In this document: in pieces, positions 39,424 to 49,283 of the stretch | Numbering within the stretch: position 1 is the first letter of the stretch | Layout: every line of letters starts with the position of its first letter | NCBI GenBank assembly: GCA_965205505.1 | Contig: CBDBHB010000009.1 | Span: forward strand, 704,001-768,000 | Source of the DNA: Acidobacteriota bacterium | GTDB lineage: Bacteria; Acidobacteriota; UBA890; WLXD01 | Reading direction: 5' to 3' | Length of the DNA: 64,000 nt | Program-made: the position numbers and the translations under genes | Notes under the pieces: model-generated | The model's database searches: none | What the model saw: the letters and a program-made list of their open reading frames with translations, nothing else | Told to the model about the DNA's origin: nothing

Positions 39424-42400
39424 ATGCGTCGCCCAGTTGCCGGTGGCAGAGCGGTGGTTCGAAGCGTCGCGATACCGGCTCTAATCCTTCTTGCGTCGCT
39501 GTCATTCGGCGCCGACAGCGACTGGGACGTGACCGATACTGGGCAGCCCTATATCGACGCTGAGTTTACCGTTACGGAGGGCACATGGATGAGCGTCGAT
39601 GTCCATCCCGACGGCGGGAGGATTCTGTTCGACCTACTGGGCGATATCTACAGCATCCCCGAGACAGGCGGTGAGGCGATGTTGTTGCATGGTGGGTCCG
39701 CCATGCAGATCATGCCGAGCTTCAGCCCGGACGGCGGCAAGATCCTTTACCTGAGCGATGCAAGCGGTAGCGACAATATTTGGGTGTCCAATGCAGACGG
39801 CTCCGCGGCGCGCCAGATCACCAACGAGACCACCGACGTGCTCGCCGGACCTGCCTGGGATCCCGGCGGCGAATATGTTGCTGCAGCGAAACGATATGGG
39901 GCATTTCCGAAGGTACGGGCATCGGAAATACGACTGTTTCATCTCGATGGCGGCAGCGGGCGGCTACTTGTCGAGACCCCGGCGAACCAGAGAGACGTGC
40001 ACGAAGCAGAGTTCTCGAATGATGGGCGTTTCTTCTACTACACCGAGCGGGTTGGAAGCCCGAGTATTTTCGTTGATGCGAATCACGCGGGCTTCGCGAT
40101 AAAGCGTAGAAATCTAGCCAGCGGGGCGACGGAAGAGATTCTGCGTGGCCTTGGTGGAGCAACGACCCCGCAGGTGTCGCCGGACGGCAAGCGAGTGGCG
40201 TTCATTCGGCGCGTCAAAGCGAAGACCGTGCTGTTCGAGCTCGATACAGAGACCCGGCAGCAGCGACCGATTTACGATGATCTCGACCGCGACGCCCGCG
40301 CCGACTTCATGCAGCAGAGTGCGTACTATCCGCAATTCGACTGGTTTCCCGACGGCCGTCATGTAGCGATCTGGGGCAAGGGCAAGCTTCTGAAGATCAA
40401 CATGGATACGGCGGCAGCCGAGGAGATTCCGTTCCGCGTTACCGCCCGCCACCGTATTACCAAGACGGCTCGCTTCGAGATCGATCTGGCGCCAGAGCAG
40501 ACGATCGTGCGGGCGGTTCGTCACCTGGCGCCGGCGCCAGATGGAAGCGCCGTCGTCTTCAATGCCCTGGGGCACCTGTGGCAACAGACGCTGCCTGAAG
40601 GAAAGCCGAGTCGGCTGACCGATACCACCGCGTTCGAGGCGGAACCGGTCTATTCGCCGGATGGCGGCTCGATTGCTTACGTCGAGTGGGACGACGAGCG
40701 CGGCAGCTCGCTGAACGTGATTGCCTCTGGCGGCGGGAGCCCCAGGACCGTCGAAAGCAGCAGCGGCGTGATCCGGCAGCCGGCATTTTCGCCACACGGG
40801 GAGCGACTCGTCTATCGAGTCGAGGCTGCCACCAAGCATATGGGCGGCTACCGCGCCAAACCCGGGATCTATTGGGTCTCCATTGCCGACGGCGAGAGCC
40901 ATTTCGTTGCCGAACGGGGATTCACGCCGACCTTCTCGCCGGACGGCCAGCGCATCTTCTATTCCTATATCAGCTCTGACGGCGCCGGCGGCTTCTACTC
41001 CACGGCGACTCGTGTGGGCAAGTTGGAGAGCAGCAACCTGGACGGTTTCGATGTGCGCGAACATGCCTTCGGCACAGACGTTCTGGAGCTGACGTTGAGC
41101 CCAGATCTGGCCTGGCTCGCCTTCAGCTACCACAAGCAGTACTACGTGCTTCCGTACCGGGAAACGGGCGTTCCTCTGGAGGTCAGGTTCCACAGCAACG
41201 CCATGCCGGTAGCAGCGCTGACCGAGTACGGTGGCTACGACCTCGTCTGGAGCGCCGACTCACAGACCGTTCAATGGACGCTGGGATCGTCCTTGTATCG
41301 TGCTTCGGTCGCCGAGCAGTTCGCAGCGCCTGAAGCACCGGCCGCGTCAATCGACCTGGTCGTACCGACCGATGTGCCGGAAGGTGTGCTGGCCCTCACC
41401 AACGCCCGCCTCATAACGATTAACGGCGACGAGGTTATCGAGGACGGCACCGTTGTCGTCGAGGGGAATCGCCTACGGGCGATCGGCGACAGTGATGAGA
41501 TCGCGATCCCCGACGGGGCGACAGTCATCGATGCGAGCGGCAAGACAATCATGCCTGGCCTGGTCGACATGCACGGTCATATCGATTGCTGCTATGCGCC
41601 CGCCGATCTCATGCCGCAGAAGCAACCGCGCCGCTATGCTGCGCTCGCCTACGGTGTAACGACCAACTTCGATCCCTATTCGACCGACATGCCTGCCTAC
41701 GCCATTCACGAAATGAACTTGGCGGGCATCACCGTCGGGCCGCGAGCGGTCAACGTGGGAAGCGTCGTATACGGGCGCTCACAGAAACCCGACTTCGTGT
41801 ACGCACCCATCAACGACTTTGCCGACGCTCAGGCAGTCATGGTTCGCAAGAATGCTCTTGGGGGCGGGATCGTCAAAAGCTACAAGCAGCCGATGCGCAG
41901 CCAGCGCCAGCAGCTTGTCAAAGCCGGCCGCGACGCCGGGATCATGGTCGACGTCGAAGGCGAAAGCCACTTCTACAACAACGTGTCGATGGTGTTGGAC
42001 GGTCATGTTGCTGTGGAGCACAACTTTCCGGTCGCCAACTACTACGACGATCTGGTCCAGCTGTTCGCGCATAGCGAGGTCGCTCACACGCCAACGCTGG
42101 TCGTCGCGTTCGGCGAGCTGTTTGGCGAGAACTTCATCTATCAGACCAAGCGCGCGTGGGATGACCCCAAGGCAAGGACGTACGTCCAGAGAGTAACCGC
42201 GGGTTACAGCCCCATAGCCACTCCCGCCGGGGCCCCGCCTCATGTCCGGGGAATGACCACCATTCACGTGGCGGACGAGCTCTGGGACATCGGTTTCAGG
42301 GCAGTGTCCCGCTCGATGAAGAAGCTCGACGATGCCGGCGTGCTGATCAACGCGGGCTCACATGGGCAGACCGCTGGACTGGCGCTGCACTGGGAAATGT

Positions 42401-42717
42401 GGCTGCTGGCGCAGGGCGGCATGTCCAATCACCGTGTGCTGCGCGCCGCGACGCTCAACGGGGCGATGACAATCGGTCTGGACAAGCAGATAGGCAGTCT
42501 CGAGGAAGGGAAGCTCGCTGACTTGATCGTGCTTGACGAAAACCCGCTGGAAGACATCGAGCACACCAACACGGTTGTGTATTCGATGGTCAATGGCCGC
42601 CTTTACAACTCGCTCAGCATGAACGAGATCGGCAACTACGATCGACCCCGCAGCAAGTTCTACTGGGAGCTCGAGGACAACAACGGTATCGACTGGAATG
42701 AAGCCTGGGCGCAATAG
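39424..42717 (+). CDS. Secreted amidohydrolase with N-terminal TolB/PD40 repeats
   Basis: EGTWMSVDVHPDG, repeated SPDG, MPGLVDMHGH, GSHG, GSLEEGKLADL; AGGAGGA RBS. Confidence 0.9.
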   Translation: MRRPVAGGRAVVRSVAIPALILLASLSFGADSDWDVTDTGQPYIDAEFTVTEGTWMSVDVHPDGGRILFDLLGDIYSIPETGGEAMLLHGGSAMQIMPSFSPDGGKILYLSDASGSDNIWVSNADGSAARQITNETTDVLAGPAWDPGGEYVAAAKRYGAFPKVRASEIRLFHLDGGSGRLLVETPANQRDVHEAEFSNDGRFFYYTERVGSPSIFVDANHAGFAIKRRNLASGATEEILRGLGGATTPQVSPDGKRVAFIRRVKAKTVLFELDTETRQQRPIYDDLDRDARADFMQQSAYYPQFDWFPDGRHVAIWGKGKLLKINMDTAAAEEIPFRVTARHRITKTARFEIDLAPEQTIVRAVRHLAPAPDGSAVVFNALGHLWQQTLPEGKPSRLTDTTAFEAEPVYSPDGGSIAYVEWDDERGSSLNVIASGGGSPRTVESSSGVIRQPAFSPHGERLVYRVEAATKHMGGYRAKPGIYWVSIADGESHFVAERGFTPTFSPDGQRIFYSYISSDGAGGFYSTATRVGKLESSNLDGFDVREHAFGTDVLELTLSPDLAWLAFSYHKQYYVLPYRETGVPLEVRFHSNAMPVAALTEYGGYDLVWSADSQTVQWTLGSSLYRASVAEQFAAPEAPAASIDLVVPTDVPEGVLALTNARLITINGDEVIEDGTVVVEGNRLRAIGDSDEIAIPDGATVIDASGKTIMPGLVDMHGHIDCCYAPADLMPQKQPRRYAALAYGVTTNFDPYSTDMPAYAIHEMNLAGITVGPRAVNVGSVVYGRSQKPDFVYAPINDFADAQAVMVRKNALGGGIVKSYKQPMRSQRQQLVKAGRDAGIMVDVEGESHFYNNVSMVLDGHVAVEHNFPVANYYDDLVQLFAHSEVAHTPTLVVAFGELFGENFIYQTKRAWDDPKARTYVQRVTAGYSPIATPAGAPPHVRGMTTIHVADELWDIGFRAVSRSMKKLDDAGVLINAGSHGQTAGLALHWEMWLLAQGGMSNHRVLRAATLNGAMTIGLDKQIGSLEEGKLADLIVLDENPLEDIEHTNTVVYSMVNGRLYNSLSMNEIGNYDRPRSKFYWELEDNNGIDWNEAWAQ

Positions 42718-42740
42718 TGAACGGAGGAGGGATCGGAGAG

Positions 42741-43517
42741 ATGGGTGTCATCGGAACGGTGGACAGCCTCTGGCGCTATCCAGTGAAGAGCATGCGAGGC
42801 GAGGAGCTGCACGAGGCGTTCATAGGGTTTTCCGGGGTGTACGGTGATCGTCTGTTCGCCTTTCGCAGCTCCGCTGGCGTCCCGGGCTTTCCCTACCTGA
42901 CGGGTCGAGAGCTCGGAGAGATGCTCCGCTATCGTCCACGTTTCCGGCACCCGGACAAGGCAGTGTGCCCGCCGAATCTGGCCGAAGCCGAGAGCATCGC
43001 GCCCGGCCTGAGCCCCGTCTTCTCCAGCCCGGCGGAACTCATGGTCGATGTCGAGGCTCCCTCGGGAGACCTGTTCGCCATTGACCAGCCCGAGCTATTG
43101 GACATGCTCGGCAACGACACACGTGCGCTGACGTTGCTTCGATCGGAGCGGGCGATGACGGACTGTCGTCCGGTATCGCTCTTCGGTCTGCAGACCGTAG
43201 GCCAGCTCGGCGAGGAGATCGGCTCACCCGTCGACAAGCGATGCTTTCGAGCCAATATCTACGTCGATTTCCAAGGTGCCCAGGGATTCTCTGAAGACGC
43301 GCTTGTCGGACAGTCGCTGCAAATTGGATCCAAGGCCGTGATCTCGATTCTGGAGCGCGATCCGCGCTGCAAGATGATCAGTCTGGATCCCGACACCGGC
43401 GAGTCGAATCCGGAGATCCTACGAAAGGTCGCCCTCTCGCACGATGGCAAGGCCGGAGTCTATGGGGCGGTGCTCGTTGAAGGCATGATCCAAAAGGGCG
43501 ATGTAGTTGTGACCTGA
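42741..43517 (+). CDS. MOSC domain protein
   Basis: LWRYPVKSMRGE, GDR, FRANIY, RC, GVYG. Confidence 0.9.
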   Translation: MGVIGTVDSLWRYPVKSMRGEELHEAFIGFSGVYGDRLFAFRSSAGVPGFPYLTGRELGEMLRYRPRFRHPDKAVCPPNLAEAESIAPGLSPVFSSPAELMVDVEAPSGDLFAIDQPELLDMLGNDTRALTLLRSERAMTDCRPVSLFGLQTVGQLGEEIGSPVDKRCFRANIYVDFQGAQGFSEDALVGQSLQIGSKAVISILERDPRCKMISLDPDTGESNPEILRKVALSHDGKAGVYGAVLVEGMIQKGDVVVT

Positions 43518-43648
43518 TCGCTTTCCCACCGAAACATGAGCGTGCGGAGGGCGCCGGAGTCCGATTCCGTTGACTTGGCAGGGGGGGCACGGCAGTATCC
43601 GCGCCCGAGACTCAGCCCCGAGTCGGGGCGTTCACCAGGAGCTGCCCC

Positions 43649-44866
43649 GTGAGAAAGACACGAGTCGCTGTTGCGCTTACCGTTGCGTTGGCCATCGCCA
43701 TTCCGGCAGTCGCCTAGCTGTGCACGATCGATGCGGTGTCGGCTGCCACGCTCCTACTGCCCTACTTCGAGGTCAACCTCAAGAAACTCGACAGCACCCA
43801 GCAGAAGGAATCGACGCTCTTCTCGATCAACAACGCGAGTGCGGCGCCGACGATTGCCCACGTCGTGCTCTGGACCGACATGTCGATCCCGGCGCTCGCC
43901 TTCGACGTGTTCCTCACCGGATACGATGTGCAGACCATTTACATGGACGACCTGTTCCGCGGCGACATTCCCGGATTCATGTCTGACGGCTGCGTAGGAC
44001 AGCCGGACACGACCACGCTTACCGACGGCGAGCTGCTCGACCTGCGCGACTCGCACATAGGAAACCAGGTGGGCGGCCTCTGCCTCAGCCAGCGGCACAC
44101 CGACCAGATCGCCCGCGGCTATGTGACGATCGACAGTGTCAACAACTGCTCGACGCTCTTCCCCGGCGACAGCGGCTACTTCGGCAGCGGTGGCGTGGCC
44201 ACCGACGACAACGTGTTCTGGGGCGAGTACACGGTGTTCAACACCAAGCGGAAGTACGCCGAGACCGAGCAACTCGTCTCCGTCGAGGCGGCGGCGCCAT
44301 TCGGCACCTCCACCACCGATACCACCTTCGGCCCCGGCTCCTACACTTTCTACGGCCGCTACGTCGACTGGGACGGCAGCGATAACCGCGAGCCGCTGGT
44401 CTCCCCGTGGGGGGCGCGGTACTGGAACCAGGGCAGGAGCAATACCGCGAGTCAGGTAGTCGTGTGGCGCGACTCCGGCTTCGAGCAGCAGCCGTTCGAG
44501 TGCAACTTCAGCCCGGGCGACTTCTGGTATCCGCTGAGCCAGGAAAAGATCCTGATGTACGACGAGGAAGAGCTCGTCGCGGAAGTCTTCGGTGTTCCGG
44601 TGCCGTTCCCTGCCGAGACGCAGCAGGTCAGGGTGGGGAGCAACTTGCTGCCGACCCCCTACTCGGTTGGCTGGTTGTACCTGGACCTGGGGGTCGGCGG
44701 CCAGCCCCTGCAGTCCCACGTCACGGTGCGTCACGCCTTCGTCCACAAGAAGGCGCGGTCCCGTGTGGCCGGCATCGGGGGGCCGCTGTTAAGCGACAAT
44801 GGCGACGGGATAGTCTTCCAAGGCTGTCCCGCGGCGCCCGACTTCTCGGTGTCGGAAACCCGGTGA
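43649..44866 (+). pseudogene. Secreted hypothetical protein with in-frame TAG (43715-43717) just after the signal peptide
   Basis: AGGAG RBS, GTG 43649, signal VRKTRVAVALTVALAIAIPAVA*LCTIDAVSAATLLLPYFEV..., all in one frame. Confidence 0.7.
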
Positions 44867-44912
44867 CCATGACCGGAGGGTCCCGACGCGTACCGAAAGG
44901 TAGATCGACGGA

Positions 44913-46256
44913 TTGAGCCGTTGTCTGCCCGCGTCGCGGCGGCTGCTTTTGGGTCTTCTCGCGATGCTGCTGATCGCTTCGAGTGGCACCGGTCAGGGAA
45001 CCGAAGATCTCGAGTTGGAGTTGATCGGTGCCGGGCTGCCGGATCGTGGACAGTGGCGCAACGGGTTCGACGTTGCCGACATGAACGGCGATGACGCTCT
45101 GGATATCGTTCATGGCCCGCCGCGCGCCGGCGACGGGCGACCGGTCATCTACCTCGGTGACGGCGCTGGCAGCTTCAAGCGCTGGGAAGCGGCCGCATTC
45201 CCGAACCTACCGTACGACTATGGCGACGCCGCGGCCGCCGATTTTGACGGCGACGGCTCCATGGACCTGGCGCTGGCCGTTCATCTCCGTGGGATCGTGG
45301 CGCTGCTCGGCGATGGAGCCGGGAACTTCCGCAGCTGGCGGGACGGGCTCGCACTGGCGGTTCCCGGTGACGGGTCGAGCGCGCGCCCGTTCTCGTCCCG
45401 AGCCATTCACGCCGCCGACTGGAACGGCGACGGCCGTCCGGATCTGGTCGCCCTGGGCGAGGGCCCCGGCCGCGGCGACTTCACCACGCCTGGCACCGGC
45501 GCCGATTCCTCATACGGGATCCGCGTCTGGCTGAACCCCAGCACGCCCTCCAGCAGCTGGCAGTTGGTGACCCCGCCCGATCCGGAAAAGTCGGTGTTCG
45601 GCGACTCTCTTGCGGTTGCCGACCTCAACGGCGACGGTCGGCTCGACCTGGTGACCGCGTCGCAGATCTACTCGCGTCGCGACATCGTGAACTTCGGCCG
45701 CCAGGATGACGGTTGGACCGTCATCGATGTGACCGCTCTGCCCCGGCGGGCGTATGTGTCGCCCGTCGCCGCGACCGATCGTGACGGCGATGGCAGAAGC
45801 GAGCTTGCCGTCGCCTCCTTGCGGCTACGGGCCGGGGATTGGGTGAGTCGTATCGACGTGCTGGCATGGCAGTCGGGCAGAGGGTTTTCCAGTCATCTGG
45901 TGGCGGAGTTGGTGGACCGGGGTGGCTTCGCGGGCCTCGCCTGGGGCGACCTGAACGGAGACGGCGCCAGCGACCTGGTGGCCGCGCACGCTTCCGGCGC
46001 CGTTTGGATCTTCGTCGGCGACGATGCCGGCGGGCTAACCTGGGCGCGCGCCCCCATGCTGGGATCGGCTGGTGAGGTCTGTAAGGGCTATCACGTGAGG
46101 CTCGCAGATCTCGATGGCGACGGCCGCGACGAGATCATCGCCGCCTTCGCCGGTGAGCCGCCGCCTCCAGCCGCTGCACTGACCGGCTCGTCAACGACGG
46201 CCGGGTGCGTCTCGGGCGGCAGCATCCGTGCGTGGAGATTGCGGCTCGAGCAGTAG
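44913..46256 (+). CDS. Secreted FG-GAP/VCBS repeat protein
   Basis: Seven DxNGDGxxDL-type repeats; signal peptide. Confidence 0.85.
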   Translation: MSRCLPASRRLLLGLLAMLLIASSGTGQGTEDLELELIGAGLPDRGQWRNGFDVADMNGDDALDIVHGPPRAGDGRPVIYLGDGAGSFKRWEAAAFPNLPYDYGDAAAADFDGDGSMDLALAVHLRGIVALLGDGAGNFRSWRDGLALAVPGDGSSARPFSSRAIHAADWNGDGRPDLVALGEGPGRGDFTTPGTGADSSYGIRVWLNPSTPSSSWQLVTPPDPEKSVFGDSLAVADLNGDGRLDLVTASQIYSRRDIVNFGRQDDGWTVIDVTALPRRAYVSPVAATDRDGDGRSELAVASLRLRAGDWVSRIDVLAWQSGRGFSSHLVAELVDRGGFAGLAWGDLNGDGASDLVAAHASGAVWIFVGDDAGGLTWARAPMLGSAGEVCKGYHVRLADLDGDGRDEIIAAFAGEPPPPAAALTGSSTTAGCVSGGSIRAWRLRLEQ

Positions 46257-46368
46257 CCCCGCCAAAGGCGGCTACCGGTCATGGCTCGTCCGAATCCGCC
46301 CGGCGCAGCGCCCGCGCCGACCGACTATTCTCACAATCTCGTCGATACTCCGAGCCAAGGAAATTCCC

Positions 46369-49134
46369 ATGCGAGCCAAGTTCGCACCGCTCCCGTGCGT
46401 CACCGCACTTTCCACGTTGCTCCTAATCATCTCTGTCGCCAGCGATGCCCCAGCGCAGCAGCTCTCGGAGCAGTTTCTGGAGCGGGTCCATTACCGGGAG
46501 ATCGGCCCGACGCGCCAGGGGGGGCGCATCGTCGACCTGGCAGTTCCCGACCGCACCAAGCAGCCGTATACCTTCTACGTCGCGGCGGCGAACGGCGGTC
46601 TATGGAAGACCACCAACAACGGGCAAACTTTCGCGCCCATCTTCGACGATCAGAACGTCATCGCCATGGGCGCCGTTGCGGTTGCTCCTTCGGAGCCGGA
46701 TGTTGTCTGGGTCGGCACCGGCGAGGCCAACAACAGCATCACGGATCCGTATGCCTCGTACTGGGGCGACGGTGTCTACAAGTCGACGGACGGCGGTGCG
46801 AGCTGGGCGAACATGGGTCTGGGCGACACGCACCAGATCGGCCGCATCGTCGTTCATCCGCAAGATGCGGACGTCGTCTACGTGGCGGCGCTTGGCCACC
46901 TGTACTCCGACAATGCCGAGCGGGGCGTGTTCAAGACCGACGACGGAGGCGTTACCTGGGCCCAGGTATTGAAAATCACCGAGGGTGATCGGCACATCAG
47001 CGTGGTCGACCTGGTGATGAGCCCGCAGGATCCGGAAGTGCTCTACGCCGCCGCGTATGACCGCGCCGCCACCCCGTGGATGTTCCGTCAGGGCGGCCCG
47101 GCGGGTGGCATCTACAAGACCACCGACGGGGGTGCGACCTGGACGAAGCTGGACGGCCTGCCGCCGGGCGATATCGGCCGGATCGGGCTGACGATCTCGC
47201 CGCGGAACCCCGAGATTCTCTACGCCAGCGTCCTGCTGCCGGGTGATTCGCAGGAGCCGGAGCGCCGGTACGAAAACTGGGTCTACCGCACCGACGATGC
47301 CGGTGAAACGTGGCTACGGACGCACTCCGAGCCGCTCGTGGGTGGCTCCTATTTCGGCCAGATCCGCATCGATCCGAACGACCCGGAGCACGTCTACGTG
47401 CTTGCCTTCGGCAATCAGCATTCCGTTGACGGGGGTCGAACCTGGAGCCTCGCCTTCCGCTGGGGCGGCGACAACCATGCGCTGTGGATCGATCCGAGCG
47501 ATTCTCGGCACATGCTGCTCGGATACGACTACGGCATGGCGATCACCTACGACTCCGGCGACAACTGGTACCACCCCGACGAGCTGCCCCTGGCACAGTT
47601 CTACGGCATCTGTACCGACATGGCGTATCCGTACAACGTTTACGGAGGAACACAGGACTTCGGGACGTGGAAGGGTCCGAGCACCAAGAAGGGTCGCTTC
47701 CCGATCCGTTTCGAGGATTGGGAGCACATGCTCGGGGGGGACGGGTACTTCTGTCAGGTCGACCCGACGAACAACCGATGGCTGTACGCGGAGTCGCAGA
47801 ACGGCTCGCTGTCGAAGGTCGACATGCGGACGGGAAGGCGCAAGGGCATTCGGTATCGAGGTTCCGATCTGCGCTTCAACTTCGATGCGCCGCTGCTCAT
47901 CTCGCCGCACAACAGCGATGTCATCTATCACGGTGCCAACGTGCTGCTGCGCTCCGCCTTCCAGGGCGAGAACTGGGAGGCCATCAGCCCGGATTTGACC
48001 ACCAACGACCCGCAGCGCCGCGATGTCGGACCGCTCGCCTACAGCACCCTCACCACGTTGGATGAGTCGCCGGTGCAACAGGGAGTGATCTGGGTCGGCA
48101 CCGACGACGGCAACGTGCAGCTCACCCGCGACGGGGGCGAGAGCTGGGAGTTGCTCAACGACAGCATCGTGGGCAACCCCGGGTACTGGGTTTCGAGCGT
48201 GGAGGCGTCCCACCACGACGCCGGCACGGCCTTCGTCGCCTACTTTGGCAGGCGGCGCGACGATTTCCGGCCGTTCGTGTTCAAGACGACCGACTTCGGC
48301 GCTACCTGGACGGAGATCGTCGACGGCCTGCCCAACGATGAGCCGATCAACGTGGTGGTCGAGGACCACAAGAATCCGAACCTGCTGTTCGCCGGCAGCG
48401 AGAAGGCTGTCTACGTGAGCATCGATGGCGGCGCTCACTGGGCGCGAATGCAGAGCAACATGCCCAGCGTCGGCGTCCACGACCTGGTGATTCACCCACG
48501 CGAGAACGATCTCGTCGTCGGCACCCACGGACGTGGCTTCTTCATCGCCGACATCTCGCCGTTGCAGGAGCTCGACCCCGAGTTGATGGCGAGTGACGCG
48601 CATCTGTTCGACATAGAGCCCGAGGTTCAGTGGGTCATGCCGTCGCAGCGGGCCGTCAGCGCCCAGAACTTCGCCGGCGAGAACGAGCCGTATGGGGTGG
48701 TCATCAACTACTATCTCCGCGAGGCTGTCGCAGGCGGTGGGAGCGTTCGAATCTACGAAGGCATCCGGCTGATCAATGAGCTCAGCGTCACTGCAGACGC
48801 CGGGTTGAACCGCGCCATCTGGCCAATGACGTGGCGGCAGCCACGGTCGCCTGAAGCGATCGCCCGGTGGGATCGGCGTCAGGAGTTTGGCGCCCGGGAT
48901 CCGCAGTTCTTCGACTACTACGACACGGTGGATTTCTACGGCGACCCGAATGAAGAGGTCACCGCCGACGGCATGTCGATGCGCACCAGGGTGGACGATG
49001 CGGGCCCAACCGAGCGTGATTACAGGTATTTTCGCGTCCAGCCAGGCACCTACCGGATTGTTCTCGAAGTCGTCGGAGAACAGCTGCAGGGACAGGCCGA
49101 GATCCTCGTGGACCACTGGTTCGAGCGCCGCTGA
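46369..49134 (+). CDS. Secreted VPS10/sortilin (BNR/Asp-box) glycosyl hydrolase-like protein
   Basis: YREIGP..GGRI, repeated KS/TxDGGxxW, WVGTDDG, VGTHGRG; start MRAKF. Confidence 0.88.
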   Translation: MRAKFAPLPCVTALSTLLLIISVASDAPAQQLSEQFLERVHYREIGPTRQGGRIVDLAVPDRTKQPYTFYVAAANGGLWKTTNNGQTFAPIFDDQNVIAMGAVAVAPSEPDVVWVGTGEANNSITDPYASYWGDGVYKSTDGGASWANMGLGDTHQIGRIVVHPQDADVVYVAALGHLYSDNAERGVFKTDDGGVTWAQVLKITEGDRHISVVDLVMSPQDPEVLYAAAYDRAATPWMFRQGGPAGGIYKTTDGGATWTKLDGLPPGDIGRIGLTISPRNPEILYASVLLPGDSQEPERRYENWVYRTDDAGETWLRTHSEPLVGGSYFGQIRIDPNDPEHVYVLAFGNQHSVDGGRTWSLAFRWGGDNHALWIDPSDSRHMLLGYDYGMAITYDSGDNWYHPDELPLAQFYGICTDMAYPYNVYGGTQDFGTWKGPSTKKGRFPIRFEDWEHMLGGDGYFCQVDPTNNRWLYAESQNGSLSKVDMRTGRRKGIRYRGSDLRFNFDAPLLISPHNSDVIYHGANVLLRSAFQGENWEAISPDLTTNDPQRRDVGPLAYSTLTTLDESPVQQGVIWVGTDDGNVQLTRDGGESWELLNDSIVGNPGYWVSSVEASHHDAGTAFVAYFGRRRDDFRPFVFKTTDFGATWTEIVDGLPNDEPINVVVEDHKNPNLLFAGSEKAVYVSIDGGAHWARMQSNMPSVGVHDLVIHPRENDLVVGTHGRGFFIADISPLQELDPELMASDAHLFDIEPEVQWVMPSQRAVSAQNFAGENEPYGVVINYYLREAVAGGGSVRIYEGIRLINELSVTADAGLNRAIWPMTWRQPRSPEAIARWDRRQEFGARDPQFFDYYDTVDFYGDPNEEVTADGMSMRTRVDDAGPTERDYRYFRVQPGTYRIVLEVVGEQLQGQAEILVDHWFERR

Positions 49135-49218
49135 ACGCGAGTCGTTCTGGTTGGGAGGAATGGCGAGGGCACCGGCAAGAGAAACGACCAACGACAGCGC
49201 CGCCAGGCGAATGAGCAT
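49135..49218 (-). pseudogene. Signal-peptide-only stub of a lost gene
   Basis: AAGGAG RBS + MLIRLAALSLVVSLAGALAIPPNQNDSR, running straight into the antisense of the VPS10 stop. Confidence 0.55.
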
Positions 49219-49283
49219 TCGGTTTCTCCTTGGTGTTCGCGATCGACCCGAGCCCGACATCGGCCAGAGATCTGAGAATGTCG

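Noticed and set aside
15112-43717. Genome-wide TAG recoding (Gln or pyrrolysine)
   Set aside because: About 20 genes end at TAG exactly at family-typical C-termini; only two internal TAGs were found.
47733-47740. G7 run in the VPS10 gene as a phase switch
   Set aside because: In frame and encodes the conserved GGDG motif.
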